Source: an uncultured Eubacteriales bacterium
GTDB lineage: Bacteria; Acidobacteriota; Aminicenantia; Aminicenantales; Saccharicenantaceae
NCBI GenBank assembly: GCA_964458655.1
Contig: CAYWJT010000007.1
Span: 1-60,855 of the forward strand
Length of the DNA stretch: 60,855 bases
Direction of reading: 5' to 3'
The first letter of the stretch is position 1, and every line of letters begins with the position of its first letter. Shown here piece after piece: positions 31,073 to 44,883 of the stretch. The position numbers were made by a program, and so were the translations under genes. Below the pieces are notes generated by a model. The model did no database searches. It saw only the letters and a program-made list of their open reading frames with translations, and was not told the DNA's origin.

Positions 31073-31107
31073 TGCTGACCTCCTTGCTTAAGGTTTAGTC
31101 AATTATT

Positions 31108-31137
31108 AATATAATATATGAGTATTTATTTGTCAAG
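31108..31137 (-). promoter_or_regulatory. hsp20 sigma70 promoter overlapped by a HAIR-like (HspR) inverted repeat
   Basis: Minus strand TTGACA-17-TATATT; cttgaca-N7-actcata matches CTTGAGT-N7-ACTCAAG at 10 of 14 positions. Confidence 0.5.
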
Positions 31138-31320
31138 TATTAGCCGGAAGTTTTTTATTTTTTTCCCTTAGTCCCATGAATATACCTGGGATTGGCAGTG
31201 TCCTCCGTTTCAGGGGCCTTCTTCACGGAACAGGCGGCAAGCCGGCCTGGCACATCTGGGCTTCGCGCGACGGGTGCCGCCTGTATCGATCATGATTTCG
31301 GGCGTGAGGCGCGGCGGCTT

Positions 31321-31492
31321 CCCCTGTAAGGCGTGAGCAGTGCTTTTAGGAACTTGAGGCGGCTTCTGGAAGAACCTCATTCAGCGGCCGGCTCTCCGCG
31401 TCCCTTGACGCAAGGCCCTCAGGGCCGACACATCGGTTTTCCAGACGGCCCGGGGATCGCCAGGAGAACGGTCGATTTTGGTATGGCAGGGG
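31321..31492. ncRNA. Candidate structured ncRNA (6S-like architecture); strand unresolved
   Basis: Closing stem cccctg/cagggg, inner stem tctggaagaacc/ggttttccaga, unpaired central bubble, branched apical hairpins; about 172-198 nt in a non-coding gap. Confidence 0.35.
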
Positions 31493-31541
31493 GACTGCGG
31501 AAGTCCCAGGGGAGCAATGGGCGGTATCCCGCCAGCTTCCT

Positions 31542-32243
31542 TCAGGCTCTTGCCTGCTTCAGTCTGGTCAGGCCTTCGACCAGCACGGCCGCTTCGCCTT
31601 TGATCCGGGCGATCTCCGGCCGGTCGGCCAGCTCCCGCGCGCCGCCCCGGACGAATTCCTCATGGACTTTGGTGAGTTCCCGAGCTATGACGACGCGCCT
31701 GTCGCCGAGGACCCCGTCCACGGCCTTCAGGAATTCCCGGATCTTTCTCCCCGGGCTGTAAAAGACCAGGGTCCCCGGCTCCAAGGCGACCGAGGCCAGC
31801 ATCTTCTCCAGGCCAGTTTTTTTCGGCGGTATGAAGCCCAGGAAAAGGAACCTGTGCGTGGGCAATCCCGCCGCGCTGAGGGCCGCGACGGCCGCGGACG
31901 GCCCCGGCACCGGGATCACCTGTATGCCTGCCTCTATCGCCTTGCGGATGAGCGGGAAGCCGGGGTCCGATATGCCGGGCGTCCCGGCGTCGGACACCAG
32001 GGCTACGTCCCGGCCGCTTCCCAGCATAGCCAGGATTTCCGGGACGCGCCGTCCCTCCTGCGGTTGGTAATAGCTGATGAGCCTCTTCGAGATGCCGTAC
32101 CTGTTGAGGAGCTTCAACGTCCGCCGGGTGTCCTCGCAGGCCACGGCCTCCACTTCACCGAGTATGCGCACGGCCCGAAAAGTGATGTCCTCCATGTTCC
32201 CGATGGGAGTGGCGACGACGAACAAGCGCCCGCTCACGCTCAC
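31542..32243 (-). CDS. rsmI: 16S rRNA C1402 2'-O-methyltransferase RsmI
   Basis: VVATPIGNMEDITFRA, ACEDTR, VSDAGTPGISDPG, ARELTKVHEE. Confidence 0.95.
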   Translation of the reverse strand: MSVSGRLFVVATPIGNMEDITFRAVRILGEVEAVACEDTRRTLKLLNRYGISKRLISYYQPQEGRRVPEILAMLGSGRDVALVSDAGTPGISDPGFPLIRKAIEAGIQVIPVPGPSAAVAALSAAGLPTHRFLFLGFIPPKKTGLEKMLASVALEPGTLVFYSPGRKIREFLKAVDGVLGDRRVVIARELTKVHEEFVRGGARELADRPEIARIKGEAAVLVEGLTRLKQARA

Positions 32244-33061
32244 TTGCCTCGGTCGTACGGATAGAGGAAGTCATGGCCGACCGAGCGTATGGAGAGCTTG
32301 GCGATCTGGGGCATCTTCCTTTTGAATTCCGACCTCTCGATCATTTCCGCCACCCTGTTCACCTTGGCCGCGGCGAAGCCCCGCGCCGCGACCTCTTTTT
32401 TGGAGAGCCGCAGTTCGACCAGATGGAAGAGGATGCGGTCCAACTCCTCGTAGGCCAGGCCGATCTCGCCTTCGTCGGTCTGGCCCGGCCAGAGGCCGGC
32501 CGTGGGCGTCTTGGCGACTATCTTCTCCGGCACGCCCAGGTGGCGGGCGAGCTCACGGACCTGGGTCTTGTAGAGGTCGCCGAGGGGGTTCAGGGCCGAG
32601 GCCATGTCGCCGTATATCGTCCCGTAACCGATGAGAAGCTCGGTCTTGTTGCTCGTGCCGAGAGGCAGGGCCTTCTCGCGGGCCGAATGGTCGTAAATGA
32701 TGGACATCCTTTCCCGGGCCATCTTGTTTCCGCGCAGCAGCCGGCTGCGGGTGGGATGGGCCGCGAAATAGGCGTCTATCTGCGGCGAGATGTCGATCAG
32801 CCGCCGCTTTATTCCCAATCGCCGCGCGACGAGCCCGGCGTCCCCCACATCGGCCTGGAAGGACCGGCCGTAAGGCATTATCAGGCCGATGACGTTCTTC
32901 GGACCGAGCGCCTCGGCTGCGAGGAAGGCGCAGACGGAGGAATCGAGGCCGCCGGAAAGGCCCAGGATGCCCTTTTGGAAACCGGCTTTGCCGACCTCCC
33001 GGCGGATGAAGCCCGTCAGGACCTTGGTGACGAAGACCGGATTAATCTTCAGGCTGGCCAC
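32240..33061 (-). CDS. nadE: NAD+ synthetase, synthetase subunit
   Basis: LGLSGGLDSS PP-loop, GNKMARERM, GTSNKTE, GYGTIYGD, TPTAGLWPGQTDE. Confidence 0.94.
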   Translation of the reverse strand: MASLKINPVFVTKVLTGFIRREVGKAGFQKGILGLSGGLDSSVCAFLAAEALGPKNVIGLIMPYGRSFQADVGDAGLVARRLGIKRRLIDISPQIDAYFAAHPTRSRLLRGNKMARERMSIIYDHSAREKALPLGTSNKTELLIGYGTIYGDMASALNPLGDLYKTQVRELARHLGVPEKIVAKTPTAGLWPGQTDEGEIGLAYEELDRILFHLVELRLSKKEVAARGFAAAKVNRVAEMIERSEFKRKMPQIAKLSIRSVGHDFLYPYDRGK

Positions 33062-33899
33062 GGAGCAACCTCTCCAGGGATCTCAGGATGACTTCGGGCT
33101 TTTCGTCCCGCTTGAACAACCAGGTCTTGCGCGCCCGGCGCACCTCGTCGAGGTCGATGTCCTGGACGAGGAGCTCCGGCTCGACGTCGACCGCCCGGGC
33201 GAGGAGCCGGCCTCCCGGCGCGTATATGAACGAACCGCCGGCGAAGGTCACCCCTTCCTCGACGCCGACCCGGTTGGCGTAGACGACGAACGACGTCGTG
33301 AAGTAGGAAACGGCCTCGCCCATGAGCTCCCACATGCGGCTGGTCTCGAAAGCCCGGCCGCCGCCGACGCCCCGGCCGGGCGCCGCCGAAATGCAGACGA
33401 TCATGTCCGCCCCGCCCGTGAACAGGACGTAGGAGGAGCCGAGGTGCAGGAAATCGCGGCAGACGAGCAGGCCGGCCGTGCCGAAGGCCGTCCTGAAGGG
33501 CTGGAAAGCGCGGCCGGCGGCGAAGAACTTGCCTTCCTCGAACATGCCGTTGGTCGGCAGGTAGACCTTGCGGTGGATGTGCAGGAGGCGGCCGTCGCCG
33601 ACGCAGGCCGCGGAGTTGTAGAAGATGCCCTTTTCGATGCCGCGCTCTTCCATGAAACCGAAAACGAGCGTGAGCCCGCGGCCGGCCGCGGCGAGCCTCT
33701 TGAAAACGGGGCTGCGCCGGGGGTCGAGAGCTACTTCCTCGGCCAGGTCCTTGAGAGTGTAGCCGGTGAGGCTCAACTCCGGGAAAACGACCAGGTCGGC
33801 TTTGCGGCGGCGGGCCTCGCCTAGTAGCTCAAGGTGCAGCTCCAGGTTCCGGTTGACGTCGCCGAGACACGGCGAGAACTGGGCGACCGCGATCCTCAT
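33042..33899 (-). CDS. Nitrilase/carbon-nitrogen hydrolase; probable stand-alone glutaminase partner of NadE
   Basis: Catalytic triad FPELSLTGY (E), HRKVYLP (K), VCRD (C); NRVGVE..FAGGS; overlaps the nadE start. Confidence 0.85.
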   Translation of the reverse strand: MRIAVAQFSPCLGDVNRNLELHLELLGEARRRKADLVVFPELSLTGYTLKDLAEEVALDPRRSPVFKRLAAAGRGLTLVFGFMEERGIEKGIFYNSAACVGDGRLLHIHRKVYLPTNGMFEEGKFFAAGRAFQPFRTAFGTAGLLVCRDFLHLGSSYVLFTGGADMIVCISAAPGRGVGGGRAFETSRMWELMGEAVSYFTTSFVVYANRVGVEEGVTFAGGSFIYAPGGRLLARAVDVEPELLVQDIDLDEVRRARKTWLFKRDEKPEVILRSLERLLRGQPED

Positions 33900-34003
33900 G
33901 CCCCAAAATTAGCACACTCGGCCGGCCGTTTCAATTTATGTTGAAAATCCCGCGCGATTGGGCTATATAATTAGGGCGCAATCAGGAACCGGGCAGAGGA
34001 AGC

Positions 34004-38710
<4,707 letters not shown>

Positions 38711-38895
38711 TCGATACCTCGCTCCGAAATTTCGGAAATGTTAGCCTGAATGAACCCGGTTGTCAATAACGTCCGAAGAGCAAATAAGCCCGATACTTCC
38801 AACACAGACAATATTATAGCAAATACCGTGCCAACTCCGCCATCAGGTGGAGCGCCCCTTTGCTTTCCGTAAACCCATAAAATATAATACCCGCG

Positions 38896-39840
38896 ATGAC
38901 CTCCAAAGAAGACTTCAGCCGGCTTTTCCTTGAACGAATAGGCAAGAATCTTTACATCGACAGGCCGCTTGCCGAGCTTTCCAACTTCAGGATAGGCGGC
39001 CCGGCCGACCTCTTTTTCGAAGCCGGGAACACCGAGGAATTGCGTCTGGCCGTCCGCACGGCGGCCGAAGCGGGCTTCCCTTTTTATGTAATCGGGGGCG
39101 GGTACAACGTCCTCTTTTCCGACGCCGGTTACCGGGGGCTCATCATCAAGAATGCCGGCCAGTCCGTCCGTGAAAGCCGCGGCTGTCTCGTGGCCTCCTC
39201 CGGGACCAGCCTGGGCGCGCTTCTGCAGACGGCCCTGACCCGGAACCTCCGCGGCTTGGAATTCCTGGCAGGCATCCCTGGCACGGTCGGCGGCGCGGTC
39301 TTCGGCAACGCCGGCGCCTTCGGCGGCTGCGTCGGCGACCGCCTCGACGAGGCGCTGGTGCTGGAATTCGCCGGCGGCCTGCGCGAAGAGTCGGTCGGCA
39401 GGGACGGACTCGGGTTCGGCTACCGGCATTCCCGGCTGAAGGCAACCCGTGCTCTCGTCCTGGAGGCGGCCTTCAGGACCGAGCCGGGCGAGCGCAAGGA
39501 ATCCGAAGCCCTGATCCGCGATTATCTCGAGCGCCGCAAAGCCAAGCACCCGCCCTGGGGAACGGCCTGCGCCGGAAGTTATTTCAAGAACCCCTGCCTG
39601 CCTGACGGCCGCAGGGTCGCCGCGGGCGAGCTCCTGGAGAAAGTCGGGGCCAAGGGGCTGGCTGTGGGCGGCGCCTCGGTTTACGAGGGCCACGCCAATT
39701 TCATCATCAACCGCGGCGGGGCGACGGCGTCCGACGTGCTCGCGCTCGCCGCCGAGCTCAAGAAGCGCGTGTTTGACCGTTTCGGGGTCGGCCTCGAGGA
39801 AGAGGTCATCCACGTCCCAGAAGACGCCTCAATGCTCTGA
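38896..39840 (+). CDS. murB: UDP-N-acetylenolpyruvoylglucosamine reductase
   Basis: FRIGGPAD, GGGYNVLFSD, GIPGTVGGAVFGNAGA, AGSYFKNP, HANFIIN, LEEEV. Confidence 0.95.
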   Translation: MTSKEDFSRLFLERIGKNLYIDRPLAELSNFRIGGPADLFFEAGNTEELRLAVRTAAEAGFPFYVIGGGYNVLFSDAGYRGLIIKNAGQSVRESRGCLVASSGTSLGALLQTALTRNLRGLEFLAGIPGTVGGAVFGNAGAFGGCVGDRLDEALVLEFAGGLREESVGRDGLGFGYRHSRLKATRALVLEAAFRTEPGERKESEALIRDYLERRKAKHPPWGTACAGSYFKNPCLPDGRRVAAGELLEKVGAKGLAVGGASVYEGHANFIINRGGATASDVLALAAELKKRVFDRFGVGLEEEVIHVPEDASML

Positions 39841-40672
39841 GCCTCGCCGGCGGCAGGCTCCCCTTAGGGACCATGTTTAGAGCGCTGCGGCCCAGGGCGA
39901 CATAGAGCCCTTTCAGCGCCGGCGTTCTTTTCAGAAGCTCGAGATGGCCGCGGACCGTTCCCACATCGCCCCTGACCACAGGGCCGCTCAGCGACCGGTC
40001 AATTCCCAGCTGTTCCATGTTGCTCAGCGTGCCCCGCATGAGCGGGAGCAGGTAGGCGCAAGCCGCCGCGCGGTCGAACCCGGCTGCCGTGAGAAGAGCG
40101 ACGGCCGCGGCCTCGAGCGAACTGAACCCGTTCGAAGCCAGGCTGCAGGCCAGATGAAGGAGCGGTTTGCGGCGGCCCGACACGATGAGCGCGCGGCCCC
40201 CGAGCGCTCTGACGACTTCCTCGGCCGCTTTCACGGCCGGCGCGTCCCCTTCGACGCTCCACCAGACGCCGCGGAAGCGGGAGGCCGGCAGCCCCCTCGC
40301 CGGGAACGATTGAGCCGGGTGCATCGAGGCAGTCGAGGCCCCCTTCAGTCTGAGCTTCGCGAGCGCTTTTGAGGTGAGCAGGCCGCTCGTGTGGACTACC
40401 GCCTTGCCCCGCCAATCGGCGCCGTTTTCGGACATGACCGCCGCCACTTCGGCCACCGCGGAGTCCGGGACCGAGATGATGACCAGGCTCTCACGCCGGC
40501 CCAGCCGGCCGTATCCGGCCGCTGTTTTCGCGCCAGGGATGAGCCCGCGGGCTTCTTGCCTGGCCCGGCGGCTCGCGTCCACGATAAGGACGGGTTCCCA
40601 ACCCCGGCCGGCCAGCGCCGCCGCCAGAGCCGACCCGAGACGACCCGCTCCAACCAGCGAAAAGGCCTTCAT
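39806..40672 (-). CDS. Rossmann-like + DUF2520 domain protein
   Basis: VGAGRLG, ISVPD, VHTSG, SMHP.QSF, LHLACSLASN, SGPVVRGD.GTV..HL. Confidence 0.85.
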   Translation of the reverse strand: MKAFSLVGAGRLGSALAAALAGRGWEPVLIVDASRRARQEARGLIPGAKTAAGYGRLGRRESLVIISVPDSAVAEVAAVMSENGADWRGKAVVHTSGLLTSKALAKLRLKGASTASMHPAQSFPARGLPASRFRGVWWSVEGDAPAVKAAEEVVRALGGRALIVSGRRKPLLHLACSLASNGFSSLEAAAVALLTAAGFDRAAACAYLLPLMRGTLSNMEQLGIDRSLSGPVVRGDVGTVRGHLELLKRTPALKGLYVALGRSALNMVPKGSLPPARLRALRRLLGRG

Positions 40673-41145
40673 TTTCGGCTCCTGAAAAAATCCTCCCATA
40701 GGTCGAGCTCGAGAGGCGAAGGCGCCCTGACGTGCTTTTCGAGCTCCTTCTGCTTCCGCCTGACCTTCAGGGCCGAGCCCAGCTCGCGGGCGAACTCCTC
40801 GGACCGTATGGAGGCCACTCCGGCCTTCCTGGCCGCTTCGCGCAGACGGCTGTCGGAGCTGACCAGGAAGAAACGCCGCCTGTCCGTCAGCCCGGCCAGC
40901 ATCTCAAGGATGAGGTCGTCGGCGCTCCGGCCCTGCCCCGGGAAATAGACCGTCACCTTTTCGCTCAGTCGCTCCGTCGTTGTTTCCGGGTCGCTGCCGC
41001 CGTCGAAGACCAGGTGTATGCGGGTTCTCGTCACCTTCTGGAAGGCGAGGAGCCTGGCGGTCAGACGCCCGCGGCCATCCTTGGACCTAAGCTCGCAAGG
41101 CGCCACCTTGCCCAGAAGGTTATTGCCGTCGATTAAGTAGGCCAT
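40669..41145 (-). CDS. NYN/YacP-like PIN-fold ribonuclease domain protein
   Basis: YLIDGNNL, VFDG, SADDLI, VSSD. Confidence 0.8.
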   Translation of the reverse strand: MAYLIDGNNLLGKVAPCELRSKDGRGRLTARLLAFQKVTRTRIHLVFDGGSDPETTTERLSEKVTVYFPGQGRSADDLILEMLAGLTDRRRFFLVSSDSRLREAARKAGVASIRSEEFARELGSALKVRRKQKELEKHVRAPSPLELDLWEDFFRSRK

Positions 41146-41152
41146 GTCCGGC

Positions 41153-41497
41153 TCACCCGGGCGGCCAGCCCATCGGCCTTCCGCCCAGAAGATGCAGGTG
41201 TATATGGAAGACAGATTGCCCGGACCAAGGCCCGGTGTTGAGCACCAGTCGGTAACCCTTCCGGTCGAGCCCCCTGGAGCGGGCGATCTCCCGAGCCCTG
41301 AGCATGAGCTCGCCTAGGATCTCCTTTTCCGCCTCCGTGACGTCGCCGAGCGAAGCGATGTGCTTCTTCGGGATGACGAGGATATGCGTCGGCGCCTGGG
41401 GGTTGATGTCCTCGAAGGCGAAGACCCGCTCGTCCTCGTAGACCGGTTTGGAGCGGGATTCCCCGTTGACGATGCGGCAGAATATGCAGTCGTCCAT
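41153..41497 (-). CDS. hinT: Histidine triad nucleotide-binding protein
   Basis: DCIFCRI, DINPQAPTHILVIPK, GQSVFHIHLHLLGGR. Confidence 0.93.
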   Translation of the reverse strand: MDDCIFCRIVNGESRSKPVYEDERVFAFEDINPQAPTHILVIPKKHIASLGDVTEAEKEILGELMLRAREIARSRGLDRKGYRLVLNTGPWSGQSVFHIHLHLLGGRPMGWPPG

Positions 41498-41512
41498 GTG
41501 CCGGCCTTCCGT

Positions 41513-42775
41513 TCAGTCCTGGAGCCTCTCGACCCGGGCTCCCAGCCCGGCCAGTTTCTGCTCCAGATTCTCGTAGCCCCGGTCGAGATGCTCGATGTCG
41601 TTTATCACCGTCCGGCCGCTAGCGATGAGCCCGGCCAAAACGAGCGAAGCCGAGGCCCGCAGGTCCGTCGCCAAGACCTCTGCGCCGGAAAGCGGCGTTT
41701 TGCCCCTGATGACGGCCTTGTCGCCCTGAACTTCGATGAAGGCGCCCAGCCGGATAAGCTCGTTGACGTGGCCGAAGCGGCGGTCGAATATGGTTTCGGT
41801 GATTATGGACGTGCCTTCGGCCTGGGTCAGCAGTACCATGAACTGGGCCTGCATGTCGGTGGGGAAGCCCGGGTAGGGCGAAGTCGTGATGTCTTGGGGC
41901 CTGACCCGCGTGCCGCCGACGACGCGCAGGCTGCGCCGTCCGGCCGGCTCGACGCGGGCCCCAGAAAGGACGAGCTTCTCCGCGACCGTCCGGACGTGGG
42001 CCGGCTCGACGTTGGTGAGCAGGACGTCTCCCCCGGTCAGGGCCGCCGCCACCATAAAGGTGCCGGCTTCGATTCGGTCGGGAATGATGGAATGTTCGGC
42101 GCCGTGGAGCTCCTTCACCCCCCGGATCCGGAGAGTGTCCTCCCCGGACCATTCGAGCTTGGCGCCCATTTTCCTGAGCAGGGCGGCCAGGTCCGTGACC
42201 TCCGGCTCCAAGGCGCAGTTCCTGAGCACGGTCTCGCCCTCGGCCAGGACGGCGGCCATCATCAGGTTCTCGGTGCCCGTGACCGTTTTTTTCTCGAACT
42301 CGACCTCGGCCCCGCGCAGCCTCTTCGCCCGGGCGTGGATGTAGCCGTGCTCGATGCTGATCTCGGCCCCGAGCTTTTGCAGGCCGGCGATATGCAGGTC
42401 GATGGGCCGGGAGCCGATGGCGCAGCCGCCGGGCAGGGCCACGACCGCTCGGCCGGCGCGGGCCAGGAGCGGCCCGAGCACGAGCACCGAGGCCCGCATC
42501 GCCCTGACGAGTTCGTATGAGGCCTCGTCGGAAGCGATGTCGGCCACCTTGAGCGAAAGCGACCTTTTCTCGATGCTGTAGGCGCCGCCCAGGCCTTCGA
42601 TGAGCGTCAGGATGGTCTGGACGTCCTTGACGAGAGGGACGTTCTTCAGGCGCAGCTCGTCGGCCGTGAGGAGCCCGGCGGCGATGGCCGGCAGGACGGC
42701 GTTCTTGGCGCCGCTTATCCGGACCCGGCCCTTGAGGCGCAGGTCGCGGCTTCCCGAAACAACCAGCTTGGCCAT
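41513..42775 (-). CDS. murA: UDP-N-acetylglucosamine 1-carboxyvinyltransferase
   Basis: GAKNAVLP, MRASVLVLGPLL, PGGCAIGSRPIDLH, PDRIEAGT, PGFPTDMQAQ, DLRASASL, HLDRGY. Confidence 0.97.
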   Translation of the reverse strand: MAKLVVSGSRDLRLKGRVRISGAKNAVLPAIAAGLLTADELRLKNVPLVKDVQTILTLIEGLGGAYSIEKRSLSLKVADIASDEASYELVRAMRASVLVLGPLLARAGRAVVALPGGCAIGSRPIDLHIAGLQKLGAEISIEHGYIHARAKRLRGAEVEFEKKTVTGTENLMMAAVLAEGETVLRNCALEPEVTDLAALLRKMGAKLEWSGEDTLRIRGVKELHGAEHSIIPDRIEAGTFMVAAALTGGDVLLTNVEPAHVRTVAEKLVLSGARVEPAGRRSLRVVGGTRVRPQDITTSPYPGFPTDMQAQFMVLLTQAEGTSIITETIFDRRFGHVNELIRLGAFIEVQGDKAVIRGKTPLSGAEVLATDLRASASLVLAGLIASGRTVINDIEHLDRGYENLEQKLAGLGARVERLQD

Positions 42776-42858
42776 GGCCTGATTCTATCGGAAAGAGGGG
42801 GTGAATTCAACGCGCGGCCCGCTTCCGCCGACCCGGATACTCTTCCCGTGCCCGGGGC

Positions 42859-44766
42859 TCACTTCTCCGGCGCCAGGCCCTGCTCCGACCAGCCCCAATA
42901 CCTGTAGTAAGCGTCCAGGACGGCGTTGTAGAGGGCCTCGTCCACGGCCTGGCCAGCGTGGGCGCCGCGGCTGAGCGGCTCCTTGAGCTTGGGCGGCACG
43001 AAGGAGTCGTAGGACCGGTCCCGGCCCTGGATGTTGTTGACTCGGCGCTCGAGGCTGTAGATCCTGCGGCCGCAGGCCTTGAGCGACTCCGGCGTGTGGG
43101 CGATGTCGGTCAGCGCCGCGTAGAGGGACAGGAACGGCTCGGCGGTGACGTCGGCGGTGAAGAAATCGCACAGGCCGAGCGAGTCCACCAAGGCCTTGCC
43201 GACCTGGCCTTCGGCCACGTAGGCCGCCAGTTCGGCCGCCCCCTTCAGCCCGGCTTCCTCGGCCTGGATGGTCCAGGCGTAGGTGTGGTCGCCCCGGCCG
43301 CGGTTGGAAGTGCCGTAGGCGGTGAACATGCCCGGAAAGGCCTTGGGGTTGATGCCGGCGTAGCCCAGCCCGCCGAAAGCCGTCGTGACACAGTAAAGGA
43401 TGTCGTTCGCGGCGGCCGCGCCGTTGCGGGCGACGAGTTCCGAGACGACCCTGTCGCTGTGGGAACCGAGCAGGCGGCCGAGATCGCTCGACTGATAGGC
43501 GATCTCCTGGATAGCGGCGATCATGGCCGGGGCGTCGCCGAACTTGAGCCGGCTGCCGTAGCTTCCAAGGAAGCCTTTTTCGCTTAGCTCCATGGCGCCG
43601 GCCATGACGCTGCCGAAGGTCATGGTGTCGACGCCGAGTTCGTTCGCGAACCGGTTCAGGTGGAATATGGCGTCGCGGTCGGTTATGCAGCAGTTTATCC
43701 ACAGGGCGATGGTCTCGAACTCGGGCCGCACCCCGGCGCCGGCGTACGGGCCAGACTCGACCCTGGCCGTTCGGGTGCAGAAGATGTGGCGGCACTTGTT
43801 GCAGACGGCGTGCTTGCCGGCGATCTTAAGGAAGGCCTCGGTCGAGACCTTCTCGTATTCGGCCGGGTCGAACTCCCCCTCGTCGAAGTTGTGCCAGGGC
43901 AGGTAGCCGCCGCGCACGCCGAGATAGCCGCCGTTGAAGGCCCGGTCGAGCCACCAGGTCGTGCCGGTCGTCGGCCGGAAAGAGGCCGTGCGCGAGGGGT
44001 CCTCGACGCTGGCCTTGACGATGCGGTCGAGCTCCTGGCCCAGGGCCTTGAACTTTTCCGGGTCGGCGTAGGACGGCGCTTCTTTGCCGTAGGCCGTTAT
44101 CGCCACCAGGTTCTTGGAACCGAAAACGGCCCCGGCCCCGCCGCGTCCGAAATTGCGGTGGTAGTCGCCGGTCAGGCAGGCGAAGTCCACCAGGTTCCAG
44201 CCGGCCGGGCCGGCGCAGACCGTGGCCGAGCCCTTGACCTTGCCCGAGAGGAAATCGGTGATGTCCGAGGTTTTGCGGATGACCTTCCGGCCGTTCACGG
44301 TTTCGAATAACTCATCCTCGGCGTCGACGACGCGGAGACCGCCTTCCCTCGCTTCTATCCGGACCGGCTTTTCGGCCCGGCCGTCTATGATGAGCTGGTC
44401 GAAACCGGCCCGCTTTAGCATGTTGGGGAAGAGCCCGCCGGAACTCGAGTGCGTGATGAGGCCGGCGAGCGGCATCCACCCGGGCAGCCAGCTTGCCGGC
44501 TCGGGCGAGCGCGTCATCGCGCCGATGAAAGAGCACGAGCCCCGTCCCGCGGTAGGTATGGTCGTGTCGTTAAGCGCGGCGTTGCCGACGATGATCCTGT
44601 TCGCGGGGCTGAGCGGGTCCCTGACCGGCCCGTGTTCGAGGATGTGGTCGGCGATGAGGCTGGCCTGGAGGCCGCGGCCGCCGATATACGCCTTCTCGCG
44701 GGCCGGGTCAGCGGGCTCGATCCTTACCGTCCTGTCAGTGAGGTTTATCCATGCCCATTTGCCCAT
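42859..44766 (-). CDS. Aldehyde:ferredoxin oxidoreductase family (W/Mo-bis-pterin) protein
   Basis: IGGRG, LKRAGFD, GRGGAGAVFGSKNL, CxxCxxxxC, EFET, DTM, SNRG..H, SLGLC; start at 44766 or 44796. Confidence 0.88.
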   Translation of the reverse strand: MGKWAWINLTDRTVRIEPADPAREKAYIGGRGLQASLIADHILEHGPVRDPLSPANRIIVGNAALNDTTIPTAGRGSCSFIGAMTRSPEPASWLPGWMPLAGLITHSSSGGLFPNMLKRAGFDQLIIDGRAEKPVRIEAREGGLRVVDAEDELFETVNGRKVIRKTSDITDFLSGKVKGSATVCAGPAGWNLVDFACLTGDYHRNFGRGGAGAVFGSKNLVAITAYGKEAPSYADPEKFKALGQELDRIVKASVEDPSRTASFRPTTGTTWWLDRAFNGGYLGVRGGYLPWHNFDEGEFDPAEYEKVSTEAFLKIAGKHAVCNKCRHIFCTRTARVESGPYAGAGVRPEFETIALWINCCITDRDAIFHLNRFANELGVDTMTFGSVMAGAMELSEKGFLGSYGSRLKFGDAPAMIAAIQEIAYQSSDLGRLLGSHSDRVVSELVARNGAAAANDILYCVTTAFGGLGYAGINPKAFPGMFTAYGTSNRGRGDHTYAWTIQAEEAGLKGAAELAAYVAEGQVGKALVDSLGLCDFFTADVTAEPFLSLYAALTDIAHTPESLKACGRRIYSLERRVNNIQGRDRSYDSFVPPKLKEPLSRGAHAGQAVDEALYNAVLDAYYRYWGWSEQGLAPEK

Positions 44767-44883
44767 GTCGCTCTCCCCTTTCGGTTCCGTCGTCATGCGT
44801 AAGCGCTCGTCGCGTCCCCTTTCGTATATCCCGCGTCCCGTGCCCGCCTCCGTTGCATTTACGAGTCAAGGATGCCGCCCGCC

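Noticed and set aside
33900-33925. CIRCE element (ttagcacactc)
   Set aside because: Only a partial left arm is present, there is no GAGTGCTAA arm, and it is not upstream of a chaperone operon.
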